The notes below the pieces were generated by a model. That model had not been told where the DNA came from and did not search any database. It was given only the letters and a program-made list of their open reading frames with translations. Of a stretch of 64,000 nucleotides of DNA, positions 56,321 through 64,000 are shown piece by piece. This DNA comes from Rhodospirillales bacterium. Lineage in GTDB: Bacteria; Pseudomonadota; Alphaproteobacteria; Bin95. Position 1 is the first letter of the stretch. Every line of letters starts with the position of its first letter. The stretch lies in contig JAYQLI010000035.1 in assembly GCA_038143065.1 (NCBI GenBank), forward strand, positions 1,920,894 to 1,984,893. Reading direction: 5' to 3'. A program made the translations under genes and the position numbers.

Positions 56321-57185
56321 CGAAACAGCCAGCTCCTCGACTCTTTAATTGACCACAGGCTATTTCTGCCAAAGTTTGATCCGGCAAAGGACCCGCCTGC
56401 ATGCGATGAAAAATGCCGCGTCCTTCGATTTCTACTTCTCGGGTGAATAACTGCATACCACCAAGGATATCTAAATTGGCTTCGCGTAGGCGACGCCATT
56501 CCTTTTGTGCAATAGTTTTGCTCCTGACCGCCCCAATCAGAATGAGAAATTTGTTACTCGGAGCTAAATTTGCAGTCTTGATAGTTTCGGATTGATCTGT
56601 GGTTTTTGAATTAGTGAGACTATCTCGAACTATCTTCAAATTATCCGCTGCCGCAGTGGCTTTGCTGCGGCGTGGGGGTAATGGAAGAGCAGGCGCATTC
56701 TGAAGAATCTCATTCGAATCTGCTGCCGAAGGGTCAGTGAGTTTAGCCTGAAGTTTCTTGTTTGAAGGGGGGTCAATTTGCTTCACCTCTGGCGTCAGAG
56801 GGAGTAATTGGATGGGCCCTTTGGGTTGCGGTATATCAGTCGATTGAATGGGCTGACTAACTGGAAAGGGTATCAACTTTTCTTCCGCTGGAGCTATCCC
56901 TTGTTTTTCTGATTGCGGTCCACCTCCACCCACAATTTCATAAATAGTTTGGCTGGTGTGGGGAATATCAGCTCCATTAATCTTGTTTGGGTCAGGAGGC
57001 AGTCTTTCTGGAGACCTCTCAGCCATCACGAGAGGTGGAGGACCGTAGTTTCCAGTTCCGCCTACTGCAAGCCATATGGCCGCAGTAATCGCCAGCCCAA
57101 AGAAAATCACAGCTAACGCGATCCGAGAGAACTTAACGGCACGGGCGCGGTCAGGCCTTACTTCTGGATCGAACGCTTTACTCAT
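56307..57185 (-). CDS. SPOR domain cell-division protein
   Basis: N-terminal TM helix, Pro-rich linker, C-terminal SPOR (GIFHRMQAGP, C..LK..G.GCFV); lies between argS and nagZ. Confidence 0.85.
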   Translation of the reverse strand: MSKAFDPEVRPDRARAVKFSRIALAVIFFGLAITAAIWLAVGGTGNYGPPPLVMAERSPERLPPDPNKINGADIPHTSQTIYEIVGGGGPQSEKQGIAPAEEKLIPFPVSQPIQSTDIPQPKGPIQLLPLTPEVKQIDPPSNKKLQAKLTDPSAADSNEILQNAPALPLPPRRSKATAAADNLKIVRDSLTNSKTTDQSETIKTANLAPSNKFLILIGAVRSKTIAQKEWRRLREANLDILGGMQLFTREVEIEGRGIFHRMQAGPLPDQTLAEIACGQLKSRGAGCFVVAK

Positions 57186-57188
57186 GCG

Positions 57189-58934
57189 TTACATTTCCTC
57201 TGCTGGCTGAACACCAAGGACATTAAGGCCAGAGGCTATAACAGCGATCACACCTTGAACTAGTGCAAGACGTGCTTTTGTTGCCTCTGGATCCGAAGTT
57301 TGAATGAACCTCAAGGTAGTGTCATCCCGACCCTTGTTCCAGAGCTGGTGAAATGCAGCTGCAGCTTCCTGAAGATAAAACGCGACGCGATGTGGTTCAT
57401 GGGCCTCCGCAGCTTGCTCGATGATACGCGGCCAACTTGCCAACAACTTAATGAGTCCAATCTCATCTTCATCCGTAAGCTGAGTAAGATCGGCGTGGAT
57501 GCGGTCTTCGGCCCTTGCTGAAAAACCAGCCTCTTTCGCATGGCGTAAAACACTGCAACAGCGAGCATGCGCGTATTGTACATAAAAGACTGGATTGTCC
57601 TTAGACTGATTAACAACACGAGCCAAATCGAAGTCGAGTGGCGCATCGTTTTTACGAGTCAACATTATGAAGCGAAGTACATCCCGCCCAACTTCATCGA
57701 CAACTTCACGTAGTGTTATAAAATCACCAGAGCGCTTGGACATCCGAACCAGCTCACCGTCTCGAAGCACCCGCACTAACTGACAAAGTTTCACATCCAA
57801 GGCATCTTTTTTATCAGTCAACGCTTGAACGGCCGCGGAAACTCGTTTGACGTAACCGCCGTGATCTGCCCCCCAAACATCAATTAATTCTTCGCCGCGG
57901 TGGCTTATTTTATCAAAATGGTAAGCGATGTCTGTGGCAAAATATGTCCAGGAGCCATCAGATTTTTTCAGTGGTCGATCAACATCATCCCCGAAATTTG
58001 TTGCCCGAAATAAAGTTTGAGGTCGCTCCTCCCAATCTTCAGGTATTTTTCCCTTTGGCGGCTCTAGAATGCCCTCGTAAACAAGGCCTTTACTTTCAAG
58101 GGTTGCTAGAGCGGCATCTACGGATCCGGCTTCTACTATCGACCGCTCTGAAGAAAAAACATCCTGTTTAATTCCCGCGGCAGCTAGGTCATCGCGGATT
58201 GAATCCATCATCATTGAAATTGCTTTACCACGAGCCACTTCATTTTGCTCCTGGTCTGACATACGAAACAGGTCATCCCCATGAGCAGAAACAAGAGCTT
58301 CGCCCACCGGAATCATATAATCACCAGGATAAAGACCATCAGGAATAGGACCTATTTCTTCCCCTAAAGCCTCACGAGCGCGAAGTAAGGCTGTTTGCGC
58401 CAAGATATCGACCTGCGCACCCGCATCATTGATGTAATATTCTTTGACAACTTCGAAACCAGCCTTCCGAAGAACAGCGGCCAGGGCATCCCCAAAGACC
58501 GCACCCCGCCCATGCCCAACATGCAGAGGACCCGTGGGATTAGCAGAAACATATTCAATGTTTACTCGGCGGCCTGCTCCCATATTAGAAGCGCCATATT
58601 CACGGCCCAAAGATAGGATTTCCAAAAGTCTGGCAGGCCAGAAGTCAGGTCTTGCCTGAATATTTATAAACCCAGGCCCAGCCACCTCAACTAACTCAAT
58701 GTCATCATGGGAACGAAGGCGAGAAGCAATCAGTTCTGCTAGATCTCTTGGCTTCATTCGGGCGTCTTTAGCCAAAACCATGGCAGCATTCAAAGCAACA
58801 TCGCCGTGGTTGGGGTCGCGCGGAGAACCGGCAGTAGCACGATCCAGATTGAGATCACTGGGAATGTCGCCATTTTTGGCTAAAAATTTGAGCTCTTCGA
58901 GAGCTAAGTTATTGAAATGCTCAAAGTAGTTCAT
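57189..58934 (-). CDS. argS: Arginine--tRNA ligase
   Basis: [32 protein letters not shown]. Confidence 0.98.
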   Translation of the reverse strand: MNYFEHFNNLALEELKFLAKNGDIPSDLNLDRATAGSPRDPNHGDVALNAAMVLAKDARMKPRDLAELIASRLRSHDDIELVEVAGPGFINIQARPDFWPARLLEILSLGREYGASNMGAGRRVNIEYVSANPTGPLHVGHGRGAVFGDALAAVLRKAGFEVVKEYYINDAGAQVDILAQTALLRAREALGEEIGPIPDGLYPGDYMIPVGEALVSAHGDDLFRMSDQEQNEVARGKAISMMMDSIRDDLAAAGIKQDVFSSERSIVEAGSVDAALATLESKGLVYEGILEPPKGKIPEDWEERPQTLFRATNFGDDVDRPLKKSDGSWTYFATDIAYHFDKISHRGEELIDVWGADHGGYVKRVSAAVQALTDKKDALDVKLCQLVRVLRDGELVRMSKRSGDFITLREVVDEVGRDVLRFIMLTRKNDAPLDFDLARVVNQSKDNPVFYVQYAHARCCSVLRHAKEAGFSARAEDRIHADLTQLTDEDEIGLIKLLASWPRIIEQAAEAHEPHRVAFYLQEAAAAFHQLWNKGRDDTTLRFIQTSDPEATKARLALVQGVIAVIASGLNVLGVQPAEEM

Positions 58935-60118
58935 AGGCTTTGACTATTAATTTCGAACAAACGTTGATGCTCCAGCATAGCGTAGCGGTCTGTCATACCA
59001 GCGATATAGTCTCCAACAATACGATAGATCTTCGTTTCCTTTGATTCTTCTGCCAACTTCCGCCACTCGGCTGGCAAACTTTGGGGCTCAGCAATAAATA
59101 CTTCAAAAAGATCTGAAACAATCCGTTTTGCTTTGCTCGTCATCCGGTTTACCTGCGTATGACGGTACATATTCGTTCTTAGAAAAGCCCGCAATGCGTC
59201 AAGTTCCAGCGTCATTTCCTTTGAAAAAGAGGCCATTGGTTTACCAGCAGATCAAATGTCGGTGGCAGTTTTGGGTTTCAACTCGCGCAAACGGTTGGCT
59301 GTTTCCGTGGTCAAATCCCGCACCAAATCACCTATAAGTGCTCTAACTAACTCATAAATTCGGCGCTGGCGATCAAGTTCCGGCCAATTTTTATCAATTG
59401 CGCGCAAATGGTTCGCAACAAGAGCCGATGCGTCAGCAACAGCTCCCAGTGGGAAAAGCTGGGCACGCAAACCGTCGTCGATGTCATGCGTGTTGTAGGC
59501 AATATCGTCCGCAATAGCAGCTACCTGAGCCTCAAGACTTGCGTGGGTGGTCAATTCCAAAGAATGAGACTTGTCATAATTTCGAACCGCTAAAGCCGGT
59601 TCTAGAAGAGGACCATTGTGCTTAACAACCCCCTCAAGGGTTTCCCATGAAAGGTTAAGCCCATCGAAACCAGCATAACGTTGCTCCAAACGCGTAAGCA
59701 CCCTAAGCGTCTGCACATTGTGATCAAAGCCCCCCACATGGCTTAGCTTTGATGATAAGGCCTCCTCTCCAGCATGCCCAAAGGGTGTGTGGCCGAGGTC
59801 GTGGGCTAAAGCTACGGCCTCTGCAAGATCTTCATTAATCCCTAAGTTTCTAGCTACAGTTCGTGCTATCTGGGCTACCTCTAAAGAATGAGTAAGCCGC
59901 GTGCGAAAATAATCTCCTTCATGGAATACAAAGACCTGTGTCTTGTGTTTCATGCGGCGAAAGGCGTTGGAGTGAATTATGCGATCGCGGTCACGCTGAA
60001 AATTGGAACGGTTCTCTGGATCCGGTTCTGAAATTAGTCTGCCGCGGGAAGATTTTGCGCTGGCAGCATAGGGTGCGGCGGGATTAGGAGATGCATCAAA
60101 TAAATACTGCTCTAACAC
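58931..60118 (-). CDS. dgt: dGTP triphosphohydrolase (HD family); in-frame TGA at 59252-59254
   Basis: [52 protein letters not shown]. The ORFs are co-frame (TDI*SAGKP). Confidence 0.92.
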
Positions 60119-60233
60119 GCTAAATCCTTAGTTTGTATTGAAAGGCCATAACAAACATCTATTTTATGTTATCTTGTTGAACTTATCGCGAAGTAAATCA
60201 ACCTAAGCCATCCTTTTAGTGGGGGTCTTAAAC

Positions 60234-60581
60234 ATGCCGGACGGCGCTCTTCAGGACGGAGTTAACATCACGGAGCGAGGGGCTGCACGTCTCAAGCTCC
60301 TTCTTGCTGATGAAAAGAACCCCAATGCGAAGTTTCGAGTATCCGTTCTAGGCGGAGGGTGTTCAGGCTTTCAGTATAGTTTTAGTTTTGACGATGTTCT
60401 GAATTCCGATGACAAGGGCTTTGAACGCAACGGTGTCCCAATTGTAGTGGACGAGATTTCCCTGGACTTGTTGGGAGGGGCCATTGTGGATTGGAAGGAA
60501 GATCTTTCCGGAGCAATGTTCGTGATCGAAAACCCCAATGCAGCCTCGTCTTGCGGTTGTGGGTCGTCTTTTTCGATTTAG
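60234..60581 (+). CDS. erpA: Iron-sulfur cluster insertion protein (A-type carrier)
   Basis: GGGCSGFQY, NPNAASSCGCGSSF. Confidence 0.92.
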   Translation: MPDGALQDGVNITERGAARLKLLLADEKNPNAKFRVSVLGGGCSGFQYSFSFDDVLNSDDKGFERNGVPIVVDEISLDLLGGAIVDWKEDLSGAMFVIENPNAASSCGCGSSFSI

Positions 60582-60592
60582 ATAACAATCAA

Positions 60593-61386
60593 ATGCGTCT
60601 TGCAACTTGGAATGTAAATTCAATTAAAGCTAGGCTGGACGCAGTATTGGCTTGGATGGATGAAGCCGGTCCGGATGTGCTCGCCCTGCAGGAAATTAAA
60701 TGCGTTGGTGAAGCATTCCCTGAACTAGAGTTCAAAGCTCGCGGTTACCACACCCTTGTGGCCGGACAGAAAAGTTACAACGGTGTTGCTCTGTTATCTC
60801 GGCACCCCTTCAAAGATCCAGTTATTGGTCTGGATGGTGACCCATCCGACGAACAAGCGCGGTATGTGGAAGCAACCGTTGAAGGAATGCGGGTGGCGTC
60901 GATATATTTGCCAAATGGGAACCCTATAGGTACAGAAAAATTCAATTATAAAATGAGCTGGATGGACCGTTTACAAGCTCGGGCAAAAATCCTTCTGGAG
61001 GACGGCATGCCCACCGCTCTTATGGGTGATTTTAATGTCATTCCAGAACCAGAAGATTGCTACAATCCATCAGCTTGGCGGAATGACGCGCTTTTCCAAG
61101 CAGAAACGCGTGCAAAATTCAGGGCATTGTGTTGGCTTGGTTTCTACGACGCGTATCGCTCGGTAAGGCCAAGAGCTCCTTCAGCATTCACATTCTGGGA
61201 TTATCAGGGGGAGCATGGCAGAAAGACCATGGCATTCGGATTGATCATATCCTTCTGTCTGCAACAGCACTTGACCGCTTGAGCGATGTAGACATTGATC
61301 GGCGCCCTCGCGGACAACCTAAAGCGTCAGATCACACACCGATTTGGTGCGAAATTTCAGATACATCACCTGCTCCACGACTCTAG
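60593..61386 (+). CDS. xth: Exodeoxyribonuclease III; frameshift at the G run 61207-61211
   Basis: ATWNVNS, LQEIK, YNGVA, YLPNGN, GDFN, GIRIDH, SDHTP. Confidence 0.94.
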
Positions 61387-61394
61387 AAACTGAT

Positions 61395-62081
61395 TTGCCT
61401 TTCCTCCCCCTTCATGACGACAATCCTCGCCGATGGGTATCTACACCCTATGTGACTTGGGGAATGATTCTGTTTTGTACGATTATCTATATCTGGCAAA
61501 CGGGTCTTTCGCCTGAAGAAGAGGCAAAAGTTTTGTTCAGCTATGGTTTCATTCCAGCTGTCGTTTTTGGGTATCGTGAACTCGCCGAGAGCCTTGTAGT
61601 GATGCCAGCCGACTTCTCTGTTGTGACTTCGGTCTTTCTGCATGGCGACGCTTGGCATCTGATTGGAAACATGTTGTTTCTCTACATCTTTGGCGACAAC
61701 GTGGAAGATGCGTGCGGACATTGGCGGTTTGCAATATTTTTTGTCATTACCGGAGCTATTGCAGCATTAGCTCAGGGCTACGCTGACGTAGCATCAGAAG
61801 CCCCTCTGATAGGTGCATCTGGGGCTGTATCCGGGGTTTTAGGGGCGTACATTCTTCTTACGCCTAAATCTAAAATAACTGTATTACTGCCTTTTTTTAT
61901 TCCCATACGACTTAAGGCATGGGCCGTTATTGGCAGCTGGTTCATCTTCCAGACCTTAGCCAGTGGAGGTTTAATGGGAGCAGAGAACGTAGCGTATATA
62001 GCCCACGTGGGCGGCTTTTTATCCGGCGCTTTGCTGATCAGTTTGATAAAGCGACCCGCAGCCAGGTTGTTCGCTCAATAA
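61395..62081 (+). CDS. Rhomboid family intramembrane serine protease
   Basis: FLHG..WHLIGNM, GASGAVSG, AHVGG. Confidence 0.93.
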   Translation: MPFLPLHDDNPRRWVSTPYVTWGMILFCTIIYIWQTGLSPEEEAKVLFSYGFIPAVVFGYRELAESLVVMPADFSVVTSVFLHGDAWHLIGNMLFLYIFGDNVEDACGHWRFAIFFVITGAIAALAQGYADVASEAPLIGASGAVSGVLGAYILLTPKSKITVLLPFFIPIRLKAWAVIGSWFIFQTLASGGLMGAENVAYIAHVGGFLSGALLISLIKRPAARLFAQ

Positions 62082-62082
62082 A

Positions 62083-62343
62083 TCAGGCCTGATCCGGATT
62101 AATAAACCAAAATATTAACATAAGAGTAAGCATAGCGCCGGCAGAAACCCAATTTTTGTATGTGAGCCTTGCCTCTTCCACCTCATAATCATTAGGCCTC
62201 ATTAAAATCTTGATATCACGGGAACCAAGAGACGCCTTCAGTAGTCCGTTGCGCTTACGATAGCGCCAAAGTTTAACTGTAGAGTCGATTAAAAAAGCCA
62301 TAGCTAAGATCACACATATGGCAACTATATTGTGAGGTTCCAA
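62083..62343 (-). CDS. Small hypothetical membrane protein (2 predicted TM segments)
   Basis: 86 aa, TTG start with AAGGGGGG SD-like sequence, hydrophobic N- and C-terminal segments; fills the gap between rhomboid and GST. Confidence 0.6.
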   Translation of the reverse strand: MEPHNIVAICVILAMAFLIDSTVKLWRYRKRNGLLKASLGSRDIKILMRPNDYEVEEARLTYKNWVSAGAMLTLMLIFWFINPDQA

Positions 62344-62436
62344 ATCTGACCCCCCTTGAAATTATTAATCCCGCAAGGTCTAAATTAGTGTGTATATTTC
62401 CGGAAGCCAAAATTCCATCATCAAGCGGAGGTTTTT

Positions 62437-63048
62437 ATGAAGCTTTATAATTCTGTAGGACCTAACCCTCGCGTTGTTCGGATGTTTTTGGCTGAAAAGG
62501 GCGTTGAGCTTCCATTGGAAGAAATTGATATCCGAAAAGCCGTAAATAGACAGGCTGAATTTTTGAGTAAGAACCCAGCAGGCCAAGCGCCGTGCTTAGA
62601 GCTTGACGATGGATCCTACATTTCTGAGATCACAGCAATTTGTGAATACATCGAGGAACTACACCCAAGTCCTGTCCTGATTGGAAAAACGGCGGAGGAG
62701 AGAGCCGTAACAAGGATGTGGACGTGGCGTGTCGATTTAAATATCTGTGAGCCATTAGCTAATGGCTTTCGTTTTGGCGAAGGCCTAAAAATGTTCGAAG
62801 GCCGTATGCGTTGCCTACCCGAGGCCTCTCCAGGTTTAAAGGCTATAGCGCAGGACAAAATCACCTGGCTGGATAACCTTATGGCCGGTCAGAAATTTAT
62901 TTCTGGTGACAACCTATGTCTGGCAGATATTCTTTTGTTCTGCTTCATGGACTTTGGTACCAATGTAGGCCAACCTATCAATGCACAAAACGCCAATGTT
63001 GCTTCTTGGTTTGAACACATGCAGGGTCGGCCAAGCGCTTCAGCTTAA
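62437..63048 (+). CDS. Glutathione S-transferase family protein
   Basis: GPNPR.V.MFLAEKG, NPAGQAP.L, ISEITAICEY, LADI; SD GGAGG. Confidence 0.93.
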   Translation: MKLYNSVGPNPRVVRMFLAEKGVELPLEEIDIRKAVNRQAEFLSKNPAGQAPCLELDDGSYISEITAICEYIEELHPSPVLIGKTAEERAVTRMWTWRVDLNICEPLANGFRFGEGLKMFEGRMRCLPEASPGLKAIAQDKITWLDNLMAGQKFISGDNLCLADILLFCFMDFGTNVGQPINAQNANVASWFEHMQGRPSASA

Positions 63049-63051
63049 TGA

Positions 63052-63809
63052 CTAAATTGGGTTAAGCGTCTGTCCACCATCAGCGGCGATGGTCTGGCCA
63101 GTTACCCAGCTAGCGGCATCTGAAGCAAGAAACACTGCTAAATTAGCTACTTCTTCCGGCGCACCAAGGCGGCCAAAAGGGATCGACGATCTGATTTTTT
63201 CGAAAAGCTCTGGTCGTTCGACTTCAGCCTTACCCCATACGCCACCTTCGAAATAGATCGATCCTGGGGCGATGCAGTTAACTCGGATATTATCTGACGC
63301 GTAATGATATGCCTGTGTTTTGGTATATTGGATAACAGCAGCTTTAGCCGCGCCATATGGGGAGTACGTCCAGCTGTAGCTAAGCCAGTTATAGAGCTAA
63401 TATTTATAATTGAGTCCCCGCCAGTTTCTGCCATTGAGGCCCTTGCTTTCCAAGAAGCTCTGACGAGTGCCATCACATCAACATTTAGGCTTGAGTCCCA
63501 ACCTGCCTCATCCTCTGACCCACCGAACGCAGATGTGTTGTTAACTAAAACGTCAACACCACCCAGGGCGGTGATAGCTGCATCCATATAGCCTTCAATG
63601 CCCTCCTTCGAGGCCACGTCCGCTGCAAGGCTATGAACATTTCCACCATGCCGGCTTAAATTTTTGGAGGCAGCGTCCAATCCTTGTTGACCACGGGCGC
63701 AGATTGATACCGCCATGCCTTCAGCGGCTAGAGCATCAGCAATGGCGTAGCCTATACCCCGGCTACCTCCGGTAACGATAGCGCGCTTTCCAGTAAGGCC
63801 TGTTTTCAT
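63052..63809 (-). CDS. SDR family oxidoreductase; frameshift near 63359-63362
   Basis: TGGSRGIG, LVNN, NISS; corrected frame gives YGAAK, RVNCIAPG, WVTGQTIAADGG and TAG at 63052. Confidence 0.9.
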
Positions 63810-63820
63810 AGATGCTACTC

Positions 63821-64000
63821 CTAAGGTTGGTCGAGTCTTATCTCAATACGCCTATTCCGCCTATAGGCTTCTAGGGTTTTCCCTTTATCGATCGGCCGGT
63901 ATTCACCAAAACCAGCTGGCAAAAGCCGTTCCTGTGGGATGCCTGCAGCAGCCAAGACTTTTGACACAGATTGCGCGCGCTCTAATGAAAGATCTCGATT
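63821..64000 (-). CDS. C-terminus of an OmpA/MotB-like peptidoglycan-binding protein (partial, begins beyond the window)
   Basis: Hand translation NRDLSLERAQSVSKVLAAAGIPQERLLPAGFGEYRPIDKGKTLEAYRRNRRIEIRLDQP* matches the OmpA_C motif. Confidence 0.88.
   Translation of the reverse strand, partial: NRDLSLERAQSVSKVLAAAGIPQERLLPAGFGEYRPIDKGKTLEAYRRNRRIEIRLDQP

Noticed and set aside
58931-60118. dGTPase as an anti-phage defence gene
   Set aside because: It is in the housekeeping erpA/dgt-argS locus, not a defence island.

Overview
A roughly 50% GC alphaproteobacterial chromosome segment, probably from a free-living aquatic lineage; the gene order priA-fsa-DUF484-xerC, dgt-argS-SPOR-nagZ-S2P-scpAB, atpHAGDC and NDUFS4-tRNA-Arg supports this. 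It is mostly core housekeeping (F1 ATPase, rpsF-rpsR-rplI, def-fmt-truA, dusA, rlmN, trmFO, ctaA, argS, ettA, xth, erpA). Catabolic clusters are interleaved: GMC/Ldh-family oxidoreductases, a racemase-like CaiB gene-soxBDAG-bicupin unit, a TauD dioxygenase, an amidase, an aminotransferase-TcuA-like flavoprotein-HAD-MFS unit, and an enolase-superfamily enzyme plus ALDH. I see no CRISPR array, prophage, IS element or defence island. Twelve single-base frameshifts and three in-frame stops hit even atpA, fmt and priA, so the consensus is most likely error-prone (long-read or low coverage) rather than pseudogenised. The best candidate for an uncharacterised system is the coupled pair of a DUF1190 lipoprotein ending in Gly-Gly and a glutathionylspermidine-synthetase-like ATP-grasp ligase, with an amidase directly upstream. 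It may be a protein C-terminal conjugation system; this is inference. Secondary leads are the sox-linked degenerate bicupin, an orphan TcuA-like operon, an APH/P-loop double kinase between dusA and truA, a MerR-type promoter ahead of NTF2-def-fmt-truA, and RegA-like boxes.
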